The notes under the pieces were generated by a model. That model worked only from the letters and a program-made list of their open reading frames with translations, was not told where the DNA came from and did no database searches. Both the position numbers and the translations under genes were made by a program. This document shows, in pieces, positions 29,146 to 43,344 of a stretch of DNA of 64,000 nt. Where the stretch lies: NCBI RefSeq assembly GCF_009914755.1, contig NC_060927.1; one strand, 5' to 3'. Numbering within the stretch: position 1 is the first letter of the stretch; each line of letters opens with the position of its first letter. The stretch is from the human T2T-CHM13v2.0 reference genome, Homo sapiens.

Positions 29146-30069
29146 GAGAGACATATCCCATAGCCTATTCTGGTGGCAAATGTCAGGCACAATGATGCCA
29201 GAGAAACAAAGTGTTTGGCTTCTCAGGGACAAGATTCCACACCAGAACTGTCTGTGCAGCCCCACCCCCTATAACAAGGCTTGGTCTGCCCACTTGGGCA
29301 ACTGCAAACACCAGCCTCTGGGTGTTGCTCTGCATCTCTGCAAATAACCTCAACTCCAGCTTTAACCCACCATTCCTTGTGCTCAATTTCTATTTGTTTG
29401 GCCTAGTTTTGCCCCCTACCTTGGTTCCCACCATCTACCTGCCCACATTTATCTTGAACATCTGTCTGAACTCAGCACAATTCTCCCACTCCTTCCTCAG
29501 CTCCTCTTCATGCTCCTGCTTTCTGACTTCTGTCCATACCACTGGATAAGAACTGCTCACCCTAAGGTCACTAATGGCCTCCTAAGTCCAATGTTCAATG
29601 GCCCCATCTCCATTTCCTCTTATTCAACATCACTGCAGTATTTGACACTGTCCTCTGTGACCTGCTTTTAAGAGAGTGTACTTATGAAAGTTTTCCAGGA
29701 ACCTCATTTGAAAGAATCCTTTCATTCTAGTAAGTCTAAAGGCTTGAACATGATCATAGTGAGGGACTTGCATAGTCAGAAGCATTTTCAAATGACAGAA
29801 GTATTTCCAATGTTAATGAGAAAGATGGCTGCAACATTTAAAAAGTGGGATAGATATACTGAGTATGATTCTTCATGTTCTTAGCTTGTTGCAAGCCAAG
29901 TCTATTTTTAAGGGCCTTATTTTATCTAAAAAGATAGAAGGTGAACTCATTGGACAGGAGTCAAGAATTCAGAACTAGTCCCAGTTCTGTCATTTATCAG
30001 CATTCCATCTTTGTAAGCCACTTAACATCTCTGAACCACAATCTATCATCTGTGAAGTAGAAACAATTG

Positions 30070-30495
<426 letters not shown>

Positions 30496-30692
30496 TTAAA
30501 ATAATTAAAGACCTGCAGTTTATATGCATAAAATCATAAACTCTAATGGGATCACTACCACATTGCCAAATCCACCAGAATATAAGTCCCCCATGATGAT
30601 TTTATCTTTCCACAGAATTCTTCTTGAAGGCCATTTAAACACATTTTCCTCTGAATGAGGTTGGCAGCAATGGAACAGAAGATAAGCTAAAT

Positions 30693-30884
30693 CACCGGTC
30701 CTCAAACTTTTGTGTCTCAGAATTACCAGAAAAACTTGTTTGAACAAAGCCCAGATTTTTGGGTCCCACTCTCAGAATCCAATTTGGAAGGATTGAATTG
30801 AAGCCCAGGAGTCTTTTGTAAAAAGTCAGTCTCTCCAGGTGATTCTGGTGTAGTTGATTTTTCTCATGATTTGGGAAATACTGC
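30693..30884. mobile_element. MER5-family MITE
   Basis: ggtcctcaaactttt...cagaattaccag...cagatttttgggtccca...ccaggtgattctg...tttgggaaatactg. Confidence 0.65.
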
Positions 30885-31904
30885 CTTTACCCTTCAAGAT
30901 GCTTACATGGTGTCCTGAACCTTCCTTCCCACTTCCCCTACTGAAGGCTCATGGATGATCATTCATACTGAGTGTCTCGCATTTTTAACTGTCTCAGCCC
31001 AGATCCAAGACTTCAAATGCAATTGATTGTACTGCTACACAGAGGAAAATGGCCGCTGGCCTTGGGAAGTGGCGGGGTTCTGCCCCAGAATACTAAGAGT
31101 TTATGGAGGAGTTTATGGAGAGTTTAATGGAGGAGATTTAGTGAGACAGGCTCAGTCCCCTATGAATTTATGAGTCAGAACATCTTTTTCTGTCTTGAAA
31201 GTGATTTACAAAGCAGAACAGTGTCTTTGAAATGTTATCCTCCATAACAAAGAGATGAGCATGCATCTATTTAAGTTAAGACTGTTGTTATAGAAACTAC
31301 CTATTTTAAGTGCATAATAAAGAAACACCACATACTCCACTGAAATGAACAAGCTCTTACTAGTACTTGGGAAGTCTTGCTTGTTTTAAATGCCCATCTT
31401 GGCTGACTGGGCATTCAGATGTGTTTGTCTCTCACCATGGAGACTGAGCAATGGCTCCTCTCCTTGCTTCTAACATGAACCTTAGGGTTCCAGGATATCC
31501 CAAACCTTTTATTTCACAGGCCCTGTTTAAACACAAGAGACACTAAGTTAAGCAACTCTTTTCTAGTAGCAAATGAGTTTTAAAGTATGAATGTATAAGT
31601 CTCTTATATATCACATTATTCTGGTGAAAATAATTATGGACTTCCTTCTTTGCCCATCATGTAAAGGAAAGAAAACCCTTAGCCAAGCTTGCAAGTCTTC
31701 TCAGTGGAATCCTCAAGAGGTTACCTCCTTATGCCTAAATGGCTTGAGGCAGATTTTCTGCTGTGACCTACTGCCAGAGCAGAAATGTTCCCTTTACTGC
31801 ACACTTTCCCCTGTCCCTTCCCTCGTTCTACTGGCCCAGTATTTGGAAAGTGACATCAAAATCCCTGTTGGAAAAGACACTTTGGATTGGGCTGCTTTCT
31901 AGAT

Positions 31905-32089
31905 CAGGTGTCTATGGCAAACCTTTTGTTAAAGTGCCAGATAGTAAATACTTTAGGCACACCCATTCAACTCTGCCATTATTGTAAGAAAACAGCCATA
32001 ATGAACATGGTTATGTCCCATAAAACCATATTTGCTAAAATACATGAAAGGCTGCATGTGGCCTTTGGGCCATAGCCTGCCAAACTCTG
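31905..32089. mobile_element. MER58A hAT-Charlie
   Basis: ggcaaacctttt...gccagatagtaaatactttaggc...tcaactctgccattattgta...gggccatagcctgccaaactctg. Confidence 0.75.
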
Positions 32090-32105
32090 CCACAGTAGGT
32101 ACTAT

Positions 32106-32519
32106 TGTGTTGCTACCCAGAGTCTCTCTTCCAGGACTAAAATAGTCATAGCTTTAGATGCTGGAAATAGTGGAGGGTGAAGGCTCTTAGCTGAGTACCT
32201 CTTAGCTGAAGAGAGCAACCTTGACTAAAGTAAACTCTGTCTTCTCAAGGGCTGTTCACATCCAGTGATTGGTTATGGGGGACTATAGGAGCCCAGTGCA
32301 TTGGCCCAATCCAGCACAACTCTGAAAGGCCATCCCAGACCCAGAGCTCCCTCTAGGCTGACTGAGGCTTTTTTTTTTTTTCTGCATTTCAGTTCAACTT
32401 TCCTTTCTTCCCAGTCGTTCTTCCTTCATTCCCACCCAGGAGTTGATCTGGAGAGCACTGGCTGTAAACTCTCTGCATTCAAATCTCAGAGTCTGCTTCC
32501 CAGAGAACCCAATCTTAGA
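32106..32519 (+). mobile_element. LTR16A-like ERVL LTR
   Basis: ttagctgaagagagc...ggcccaatccagcacaactctgaaaggccatcccag...ccagagctccc...tctcagagtctgcttcccagagaaccc. Confidence 0.7.
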
Positions 32520-33023
32520 TAAGCACTACCCCTCTTCTTCCAATCAAGCTCCTCTTTAACCATGGCCCACTCTGATGGGCTTGCTTACCTCCTAGCTGAC
32601 CCCATCACTCTGTACGGGCCACTGTGCAGAGGGCTGGCCAGCAGAATTTCTAGGTATTGTTCCTTCTGGAACACATTTTTATCATTTTGCTCAGGCCACG
32701 GCCACTGCTACTAGCATGGGTGCTGCTACTATTGCCCACTCTGGAGAGCTGCTCACAGGTAAGTTTCAAACAGTACCCTGTATAACATGCAGACTCCAGG
32801 GCCTCACACCTACATAATGTGTTATGGTAGATCTACAATGGAGCCTAGGAATCTATATATTTAACATGCATTAGCAAGCACCAGAGGTGATTCTAAAATT
32901 GGTGGTTTCTGAACCATTCATTTAGAAAGTTTGTACTATGCTAGCACATAGTAGCTACTCCATAAATGCCGAATCAAGAGATATTTCTAAGTACCTATCT
33001 TGCTAAGGTAGTTATAATCCAAA

Positions 33024-33055
<32 letters not shown>

Positions 33056-33075
33056 ACACACACACACATATATAT
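33024..33075. repeat. (CA)n microsatellite with TA interruption and tail
   Basis: About 22 CA units followed by (TA)n, seen directly. Confidence 0.95.
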
Positions 33076-34414
33076 GGCAAATAAGTTAAGACCAGTTAAA
33101 TCAGTATGTGAATAATCTGAATTACACAGAGAACTTCAGAACTAAATCTTCCTTGAGGATAAGAGTCATTAATAATACCTAACTGAGATGAGAACAGGAT
33201 TAGACCAGTTAAACTTGGGAAGAGGTTACCAGCTCACATAGGAACACTGGACTGACATATAAGGTAAAGGCGTGACAAAGCTGGATGCCAGATAGCAGGA
33301 ATGAGAGGGGCTGCAGCATACCCTCTCCAAAGGGGGCAACTGAAACTTTTATCCATCAATTGTGACATGTGAAAATGGGGAAACAGTATTGCCAGGTCAT
33401 CGAACTTTCAAGACTAGACTAAAACTGGATACTCACAATATAAAATCCATAGGTTTTTAAACATTGGCTCATATTTACTGTTTCTTGAGTCTATAAACTC
33501 AGTTAGGCCCTCAGGTATTCTGTAGTAGCTAAATGTATTCTGAGGGCAGCAATTAGGGCAATTGCTCTATTTCCGAAAAAGAAATATTCCAGAATTCCCA
33601 AGGAGTGTGGTCAGAGGAGTCCTGGGGGCCACCTTTGCAGGAAAACACCATAAACATTCTGTAATGAGGCAGAAGGGAACATAAGCAGAAGTTTATAAGG
33701 AGAACCACAGTTCAAATCATATATAAACATTCCTGGAAAGAGAGTGCAGCAAGGGTCAGAAGGGAGATATGGCTGAAGATCAGACTCCGCATCAACCCTG
33801 GGGATGACCAGGGGCTCGGTTCAAAGCAGAGAAGGTGACTGCCTGAACAGAGGCCATCTCCAGGAGATGCAGAATAGGGGCTCAGCTTCACAGGTCACAG
33901 AGCTTAGGCTGATTAGAAGTCACTGTGGGAGTTGGGTTCAAAATCAACTTACCCTGCCAGTGGGTAGGATGTATTTTTGAGGTAGCAGAGGTCAGGGTAT
34001 TACAGGCCCATCATATAGCCATAGGAGATATTATATTTTCAATCTCAGATAAATAAGCCAAAGGCCTGTTACAATCACTCTTATTTTTGTTTGCTTTAGT
34101 TGGCAAGCCAGCAGTGATTGTATTCTAGAAGATACATGTATATGAGAACTGACATCAAAACTGGCATATCTAAAGGTTAATAATTTTAAAAAATTAAACA
34201 ACTTTCTTAAAAATATCTCACCTCCAATGATGGATATAGTTCTTAATTTAAAGTTAGGAAAGGAAGGAGACCCAGATGTTAGATGTACTTCTACCACCAC
34301 CAGACTATGTGACAGGTGCCTACCCTGGCTTACTCCTTCTGTAAAATAAGAAGTCGAAGGGGATCAACCCTCAGGTTCCTTTCAGCTTGAACAGTGGTCA
34401 TCTGTATCTGAATA

Positions 34415-34900
34415 TTTAGGCCTTGTTTGCTTGCAAGTAACAGAAAACATAACCCAACATGGTTTAAGCAAGAAGGGAATTTATTATCTTATATAATTTA
34501 AAATTCTGTGTCAGGGGGGCAATCAGATATGGATTAATCAGGGCTTCAAGGATGTTCCCAGAAACCTTTATTTACTGGCTCTGTCTTCTAAGTATTAACC
34601 CCAGTCTTAGCATTCACATGAGAGCAACACACTGCAACAATGCAAAGATCTATATTCTCTTCAATTCAAGCCCAGTAGAAAGACTGCTTCTTTCCATCCC
34701 ATGTCTCAGTGACAGTCCAAACATATATCATTGGCTTAGCAATGAACCTATGACCCAATCAAAGTTCATCTTTGTAGCTAGAAGGCATGCGATGAGTTGA
34801 CTGGCTTAGGTAACATGTTTCTCTCTGAAGACGGAGAGTAAAATTTTACCAATAAAATTCCCAAAGAACTGGTACTAAAAGTGAGATAGACACTGAATGC
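34415..34900 (-). mobile_element. Old MLT1 (J/K-like) LTR
   Basis: ttgcaagtaacagaaaac...ggtttaagcaagaagggaatttatt...tcattggctt...tgactggcttagg. Confidence 0.55.
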
Positions 34901-36419
34901 CCAAAAGAAAGGCAAATAAAATCTGACCTTGTGACCTTATTAGATATAATATGTTATATACATAAATAAACTGCTTTTCCAAACATATCCCTTCTGATAA
35001 GCTCATTAGGTCATTTAAGGTATTACTGTCATAAAGATGTCATAGAAGCAGCAATTACAGTAATCTACCTCATGTTGGTGTTTGGATCATTGACAAAGTC
35101 CTTCACGTATTGAACAGACTCTACTTTGTTGTTTTTATCAGAAAACCTGCCTGTTTTACATACTGAAATCAAGAACTAATCCAAAGAAAATGTACCCCTG
35201 CTACTGCTTTGGACTCTTTTAGAAGAAAGTTACTCACATTCTCCTAATTGAGACTATTTCCTGTGGTTTTTCACCCTGGAAATGGCTTCATAGACCTCAA
35301 GAAAACCAGCTAATAAGCATGAACCTGATCCTACTCATTAGACATTGAAATGAGGAGATTTAAGGACACATAACCTCTGGGGAGAAAATCAGACAGAAAA
35401 TTATCTAATTATATTTCATAGTTAAGAGTCAATAGGGTAAAATTTAAGATAGAGATTTTTTTAATTAGTACCAGAATTCTCTGCTTGCATTCTTCATATT
35501 CCCGTAGTCGCTGGAGAAACTGCTCACTGTGGAACTAAGCCGGAGGTTCCTAGGACCTCTTTGCCTTTGCACATCTGAAAATGAGGCCATTGGAAAGGCA
35601 GAAAAGTGCAGCCATATGCTGGCATCAGTCAGATCTTTCCCCTTGATTCTGGTTGTTTCTTTAGAAAAGTTTTGGGGTTACATGATGAGTGATCTAGAAA
35701 AGCTGGCAATTAAGTGGATCGTCAACAGCAGGCAAGACTTCTTGTGCAACTCTCTATTTCAGCTTGCTTTAACACACTATCTGCAGTTATACTATAAGAA
35801 GTAGTGATGGCACAAAACTTAGAAGATTCACAAAAAGGAAGAAATCTAGGCCGTATTTTGAGGTAGTGTCATTAAAATTTCAAATGCACAGAAATGCAGG
35901 AATGCTATTGTACAGATGATATGGGTTTCATTAGTGTAGAGTTGAATTCATAGTTCTACTAAGCCAGTAGGCCCTATCACAAAGCCAAATATGCTGACTA
36001 TCCTTCTAAAGCACAAGCAATACACCAGTGTCTTATGTCTCAGTCATGGTTATCTTACTAATTTAACTGCCTTTTTTTGCAGTTAACCAAGTTGTAATAT
36101 TTAATTCACTGCAATTTATTTTGCTATTGCTTTCCAACATCCTCTCTTTTGTAGAAAATTTAAAAGTAAATACAGAGCATTTGCAAAATAGGGGAAACTA
36201 TTATGGGACATGCTCATCTCACAAGTTAATTTTTGTCCTATCTGAAAAAGAAAAAGATAGAGAAAAAATGACATAAACCCAGGATCTGCAAATCCAACAC
36301 TTTGTGCCACAGGTTCATGAGGAAGATATGCATAGGGGAAATCTCAGAAAAATGCATTTTCTTTACAATGCACTTTGGTGGGCTTAAAGCAGAAGTATGC
36401 TAGCTGCAAGAACTTATCA

Positions 36420-36645
36420 TCCAAAGAAGCAAACTATGGTCCATGGGCCAAATCCTGTCCTCTGTCTATTTTTATAAATAAAGTTTTAGTGGAACCAACA
36501 CTCATTCATTTAAGTATTATCCATGGCTGGCTTCATGCTACAACAACAGAGATAAGGAGTTGTAATAGAGATTTTATGACCTACAAAGCCTAAAATATTT
36601 ACTATTCTGGCCCTGGAAAAACAGAAAAAGTTCTTCCAACCTATG
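36420..36645. mobile_element. MER58A hAT-Charlie
   Basis: gcaaactatggtccatgggccaaatcc...taaataaagtttta...catgctacaacaacagag...caaagcctaaaatatttactat. Confidence 0.8.
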
Positions 36646-37514
36646 TCCCAAAGGCTAGAAGCAAGTGGCTTTTATGGTCTCCTTATCTTAGTTAGCATCT
36701 GGGTTTTATCACACCAATGAGAAGAGTAAGAAGGAAAGAGAAACCCAAGAACACGTGTGCCCAGGAGGAAAATTTAACATTTCCCCTTGAGACCTCTGGC
36801 AGAGCAGGACAAGGTTGCCCACCCTAGGCCTTCCAAAGGCAGAAGACTCCTTTCAGTGAGGCGACAGCTCCATTACAGCCCTCATAAAGGAAAGTGATGC
36901 ACTTGATAAACTTAGAAAACACATCCCAGTGACTAGCAGGCATGGTAATTCATAGATTACTTTATTGTCACACCTCATAGTCCCATTCTTACATGCCTCA
37001 CATCTAGGTACATTCTTTGCCTCAGAGAGATTATGTGCGTCTTCCACTTAATACTGTTCATTGTAGCCATGTCTTAAAGAATGAATATAATTTGATATAG
37101 ATATAATTTGATATAGCTATATTAACAGCTTTGTGCATGAAGATAAAATGTGGAGTAATCTCAAAATTTTCACCTTTCCCCTCTTCACACCCCAAACTAT
37201 TCTTCCTAACCTGTGACCCAATAGCTCTCTGCCTTGAAAGCCATTATGTTAGCAATCCTTCTCAGAATGAACCTCTGTGCGTCTGCTGCATTGGGAGGAT
37301 GGTGGGGGAAGAGAGGGTCATTTACTCTTCCCATAGGGGCTAACTCTAGTTATATCTCTACCTGCGTTGGTAGGATGTGTTGTTCTGAAAAATAAGGGTC
37401 CAGCGGGAAACGCCTTTCCCTCTATGATCATCTTAATGATTTGCCATGTACTTAGCACATTAAAGTCTTTAAGAAATAATATAATAGAGAAGTTTGTTTA
37501 ACTTTGTTTAACCC

Positions 37515-37892
37515 AGTATAAAACTTCATGGCCTACAGCAAACATTTGTTCTAACACTTACAAATCTGCTGGTTACTATAATTTGGCTGATCTAGGCTGG
37601 GCTCTGCTGGGCACCTCTGCTTCAGGCTGAAAGTTGGCTGGGCTTGACTTTGAGCTATCAGTTGGATTCAGGTCAGCTTCTGGGGCCCAGCCAGCCTAAA
37701 GTGGCAGCAACTACACAGAGGAAATTCCTGCACAAGCGTAGGTCAAGCCTCTGTTCATGTCAGATCTGCTAACATCCCATTGACCAAGGCAAGACATATA
37801 GCCAAACCCAAGTCCAGGGACAAGCGAACATATCCCACTTACCACAAGCCCATGGCATGAGCTTGGGTATGTGATTCAACCACTCTCTGACA
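37515..37892 (-). mobile_element. MLT1-type LTR inside a Charlie-family remnant
   Basis: tggctgatctaggctgggctc...tctgctaacatcccattgaccaaggcaagacatatagccaaacccaa. Confidence 0.6.
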
Positions 37893-38834
37893 ACTCATTG
37901 GCTTTCTGGCATTTCTTTTATCCCATCTTAACCCCACCAATATTCCAACTAACATCTCCAGCAGTTCCCAACTTTTTTGGACCACAGGACTTTCTTCTGA
38001 CTAATATTTACCAAAACTAGTTCCGTGGAATATATTTAATGTTCGTCTATACACAACTGGCTGTACGCATTCCTGTGGAATGAGGCTCAATTTTCAAACA
38101 CAAGATTCTTTACAGTGTAAGAGAAAAAGGGGGAAAAAATCTCTCAGACACCATACTTTCTAAACATTTATGTTCTTCATCTATAGAATACTAATGGAAA
38201 GAACCTGAAATTGCAAGACTGGCCTCACACTGAATTTGAAAATTTTTCCAAGACTATGCCAGGGAGTGACATAGAAATTCTTTGCAAATGACATATCCTC
38301 ATTTTGGGTTTGCAAAGCCATGTCTTTGTCCCTTACAGCTGTCAGGTGATCATTACTGACTCATTAAGATATATTTACTTCAGTAATTGTCCAACTTTCC
38401 TCCCAAACAGCAGGAATTTCAGGAATCCAGCCTGGGAGCCTGAGCTGGGTTATGGGTGGAAGATGTTGGCTTATTTATCACCTGTTTGGTTCTCAATTTC
38501 AAAGAGATCTAAGAGGTAGCATCTGGGGTGAAACCAAATGAAAAGGCAAGCAATCAGTGATGTCAGCTGAATAGGTTGATGAAATTGGCAAAAAACAAGA
38601 ACCAGATACAAATACATCTAAGGCACAGCAGCTGGGTCCAGGACTGGGGAGGCAAGGGTGGTTGCATTGCCTCAAGAGAGTTCGGTAGATCCTATAGCCC
38701 CTCGACTTTACTGAGGAGTGAAAAGAATCTTGGGTCAGTCTGGACTAGTTATGAGTTACCAGGTGGAATTTCAGGACACCATAAGTTAGACTTAGCAATC
38801 ATTTTATAGTTAATATAAGAGTTTTTAGAATATT

Positions 38835-39090
38835 CTAAAACATGTTTCAGAAAACACAAGTTATGTGGTATGCTAATGGATATTACATGAAACAGGATTC
38901 CATGGTCAAATGAGTTTTGGAAACTGTTAAATAAGGTTAGAAGGATTCTTCGCAGGACTTTGGAGCATCTTTATAATGATAATGTTTACTGCAAGTCTTC
39001 AAGAGGAATATATAATTTACAGCATTTTCCAAACTAATTTGATTATGAAATCTCCCTTTTTAGAGCATTTTGGTGAAATACACTTTAAGA
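38835..39090. mobile_element. Old hAT-Charlie non-autonomous element (subfamily uncertain)
   Basis: ggattccatggtcaaatgagttttggaaac...gcaggactt...cagcattttccaaactaatttga...aatacacttt. Confidence 0.45.
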
Positions 39091-39589
39091 TGCATGAATA
39101 TAATGACACAAATCAATTTGCTTTCTGCTAACAAACTGCACAGTATCAGCATAACCTTATATAACTTTTATATAACTCTTTTATAGCTTATATACATAAG
39201 TTATCAAAGAAAAACTTAAGTATAACAAATTATATTGTGACCAACTTAACCATTTTATTCATCTCTCATTATTTTCTTCTCTTTTTTCAAAATAAGAATA
39301 TTTTAATATAAAATAATTTTCTCTTTTGCATTTCCACATACTGAACTTCCTGTAGTCTGCCAGAAACATCTATTTCCCTTGAGAAGGCTAATGATTATTA
39401 TCGCAATTATGCAAGAAGAAAAACAGTTAATATTCAGCTTCAAAATTCCAAAATAGGATTTTGTAGCAACTTAATGGTTTATAAAAGCAAGCTTTTTCAA
39501 GAGAAAAAAGATTTCCTAAGTCTTTTTAACCCTCATTAACTTACTGAGGCCTAAGCCTAAGTAAGCTAGATCATGCAGTTTCTTCTACA

Positions 39590-39755
39590 CCTGTGCTTCT
39601 AAACATTTAATATACATATAGGTCACCTGGGGATTTTGTTTAAAAACGCAAATTCTGATCCATCTCAGGCCAGGTGGAGCCTGAGATTCTGCATTTCTAA
39701 TAAGCTTCCAGGTGCTACCACTGCTGTTGACCCATGGACCACATGTTGAGCCAGG
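39590..39755. mobile_element. MER5A MITE
   Basis: tcacctggggattttgtt...gcctgagattctgcatttctaataagcttccaggtg...ccatggaccaca. Confidence 0.75.
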
Positions 39756-41496
39756 ATACACCTTAGGGAAGCTACTCCTTGTATATTTAGCTCACCATGA
39801 GGCTTGCTGCCCTAGGCAGAAAGAATATAAAATGTAGAGAAGATAGAAAGCCCAAAGTTGTTCACTTTCAACCTGAGGGATGGTATAATTAACAAAGGAG
39901 GTAGAGGAAGGCAAGATCTATCTCAGTCTCACCTCTGTGGCTTAGAGTCCCAGAGATTAGAGTTATAGTAAAAGGGAGTTAAGGGAATTTCCAAAAAGGA
40001 AAAGACTTCTGTTCAGCTTGTGGTTGCAAACAAGAAAAATACTCCTCAATCTGCCCTTGCACCAGGGTGAGCACTTGGCCTCAAATCAAATTTGATGAGA
40101 AACAATTAGGCAGAGAAAAGGCCTCAGTTAACTCTCCAAAGCTGCCTTCTGGTCCCATGAGCGGGACTACAAGCTTTCCAAAGCTCTTGAAAATCAGTCT
40201 GGAAAGTTTCGCAGAAGTGATCACAATGGAGGAGTCCCAGCCAGACTTCATGGTTACCCATAGCATAGCAAGAACCAAGGTGGGGGCTAAGTTAACAGGG
40301 AAACCTCGTGCAATAAGAGCGGCCAGATCATGGGAGCAGAGAAGCAGAAAACATCAACGGCAGACATCAGTGGAACACCCCTCTGATAGAACTTGTTGTC
40401 CTTGGAGTTCTCCAAGCTGAGGAGCAACCCAGCTCAGCCCTTCTGCCAGAGAGATCACAGTGATTCCAGAAAACAATCCGCAGTTCAAGAATGTCACCCC
40501 ACCACCAACAACAACCAGCCAAGGTCACATAAGCCACACCCTCTAATGCACCCACCACCACTTTGCAGAGGCACAATGGGTGAGGAAAAGAAGAGAGTGG
40601 ATAATCTATTCAAAAGAAAATAAGCATAAACCTATAAGGACTGTTTAAACTATTGGCCGGGACTCACTAAAGCTGTGTTCACCTGTGATTTGATTTGTTA
40701 ATTACTTTTAATAACTCTCTGCCATTTGGAGGCCATCAAGTGGTTCATTTCTTTTCATCTAAGTTATCCTTCTTGTTTCATGTAGCTTCAAAAAACTGAC
40801 CTTACCCTTTTTTTTAAAATCTTCTTCAAATAATTTTCTATGGATGTCCTGAGACATTGAGGAATGTCTTAGAAGGAAATACCTTCTTGAAAGAATGCAT
40901 ATCCCAGTATTGGGCATTAAATGATTAAATAACCATCTCTGAGCTTCCTCTAAACAAGTTGTCAGGAAGAAATATAGAGGTGTTGTCCAAGAACCATCCT
41001 GGCATCCTTGTTACTGCCCAATAAGGAATGTGCCTTCATGTTAGATCTCAAATGGGAAGTGATTGAACCCACCAAAGGGATTCACCAAAAGCCTTTAAAA
41101 CATCCTTCCCAAACCAACAGCAGAAAGAGACACACAAATTACTGCAAGACATCTATGACTATATACATACATACAACACAGTATCCTGAATCCTGAAGTT
41201 ATAGCAATGCTCCTTAGCTAAAAGCACCTCAAGAAGAGAAGAGGATTTTTCAGAATCTCTGTGATGTGCCCCTTGGGGATGGGTAATATGTCCTTTCCTA
41301 CTTCACCCCAACCCTATCTCCATTTCTGTAAGAATCACTACCACAGAGAGCCACTGCTACAAATGGAAAAGAGGTTAGTCTTTCAAATTGCTCAGACCAA
41401 AAATAACAGTAATAATAATAACGTTGAGAAACATTCTACACTGGAGAAACAAGAGCTGCTGTGTCACCAACCTGAATACGAGGTAGTGCTTTAAAA

Positions 41497-41796
41497 CAGG
41501 GGCACCCTGTTTTAAAGGTACAGTAACATTTCATGGCCTGTTACGAGCCAGGCAGCACAGCAGGAGGTGAGTGGTGAGTGAGGGAGCATCCATGCCTGAG
41601 CTCCTGTCAGATCAGCAGCAGCCCTAGATTCTGACAGGAGCACAAACCCTGTTTTGAACTGCACATGCGAGGGATCTAGGTTGTACACTCCTTATGAGAA
41701 TCTACTGCCTCCGAAACCATCCCCACCCCTACCTTCCATGGAAAAACTGTATTCTACAAAACTGGTCCCTGGTGCCTTAAAGGTTGGGGACTGCTG
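41497..41796. mobile_element. MER1B hAT-Charlie with 8-bp TSD
   Basis: cagggg...cacagcaggaggtgag...cctgtcagatcagc...gaactgcacatgcgagggatctaggttg...aaactggtccctggtgcc...ggttggggactgctg; flanks ctttaaaa (41489-41496) and ctttaaag (41797-41804). Confidence 0.9.
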
Positions 41797-41849
41797 CTTT
41801 AAAGAGTTATATTGGAAGGGCATGACAACTTTTATAAAAAATTGAAAAG

Positions 41850-42090
41850 TGGGAGTTGAACAATGAGAACACATGGATACAGGGAGGGGAACATCACACA
41901 CCAGGGCCTGTCACGGGGTTGTGGGGTAGGTAAGGGATAGCACTAGGAGAAATACCTGATGTAGATGACAGGTTGATGGATGCAGCAAACCACCATGGCA
42001 CATGTATACCTATGTAACAAACCTGCATGTTCTGCACATGTATCCCAGAACTTAAAAGTATAATAAAAATAAAATAAATTTCTTAATTTA
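41850..42090 (+). mobile_element. L1PA7-like 3' end, 5'-truncated
   Basis: gtgggagttgaacaatgagaacacatgg...ggagaaatacct...gcagcaaaccaccatggcac...tatcccagaacttaaa; TSD aaaaaattgaaaag at 41836-41849 and 42091-42104. Confidence 0.9.
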
Positions 42091-43344
42091 AAAAAATTGA
42101 AAAGGACATATTCTAGACAAATGCATAAGCAAAGGCCAAACATGATCTATTATTTAGAGAGATGGGATATACAAAGAAAGTCTACCCACTGAGTCATAAC
42201 TAATTTCTAGACCACAATTACAGTGATAATCACCAGCCCATTAGTGGGTAGAAGATGTATCACTTGTGTCCTTCATTGTATAACTGCATAGTTAACTGTA
42301 CTTGGTTCTCATTACAGCATTCTCAGAAAAACCTTTTATCATCTTTTATATATCCAGACAGGAACTGACTACATTCTATCTATTCAGAGGCAAGATTATG
42401 GTGCCCCAGCTGGAAGGAATCAGGCACTATATCTTCCCTAGCAAACTATCTAATTGGAAGCTACCTATGTCAGATGCAAGTGGCATCAATACTTACTTCC
42501 TCAAGTAAATGATACACTGCTGTTGTTTAAAGAAGCTGGACTCTGTTGCTTCAGAACTTGTTGGAAACCATCCAAACAAAACCAAGTTTATCAAAGGTCA
42601 AACTAATGTCTTTATGCCCCAGCCCACAGCATACTCAAGGCACTCTGGAAACAGATGAGTGACCTCCTCACAAGCCTGCAAACAGACTGAGCTTTTCTCC
42701 CTTGCCTCACTGAATATCCTCCATGCCTAAGTCATACTCATCCATTAAGGATCATCACATTCCACTTCCTTAAAGAAGTCCTCCTTGGCCACTCAAAGCT
42801 TCATTGGTCTCCCCTTTTACTGAAACTTTTTGAGCAAGTATTGATTACACTATAATTGCAGTATTTAATCATATACTGTCTTGTTTGTTTTTAATACTAA
42901 GGCATTTTCTGAAAATAATTTGAAAATCTCACTACCAAAGGGTTTTTCAAATAAGGGATTGGGTTCCAGGTTTTTAAATAATATGGTTATGGTTTTAATT
43001 TGTGGTTCTTTGTCAGAAGCCCGACTGTTTCCTGATCTTACCAGGACAATTACCCCTCAGAATACTGCGAATCAGGATAACTACCTCTGAAGAAGCTGGT
43101 ACTCCCTGGCAGCCCATTAGCTATCCCATTCCGACACACTCACCGCTTACCCCCGCTCCTAACTTGCCAGCTTGCATTCCTGACTTCAGCTTCTCTCTTC
43201 CACTCACTGGCCCAGACATTGCCTTTTCTCATGGGGGTAGGTAACTGCCTCTGCTTCAGGCTCAGCTCTCCTCATTTAAGGCTAAGTTTCAGCCTGCCCA
43301 AATTAGGTGTGTCCCCAGCAGACACACCTAGGGTAGCCAGCTCT

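Noticed and set aside
37085-37116. 16-bp tandem duplication atataatttgatatag x2
   Set aside because: Ordinary slippage duplication with no further structure.
38823-38840. 18-bp perfect palindrome ttttagaatattctaaaa containing nGAAnnTTCn
   Set aside because: AT-rich, at a transposon edge, and only two heat-shock pentamers.
40050-40720. Purine-rich stretch with overlapping ORFs, possibly an ancient LTR
   Set aside because: Could not assign a repeat family or protein similarity with confidence.
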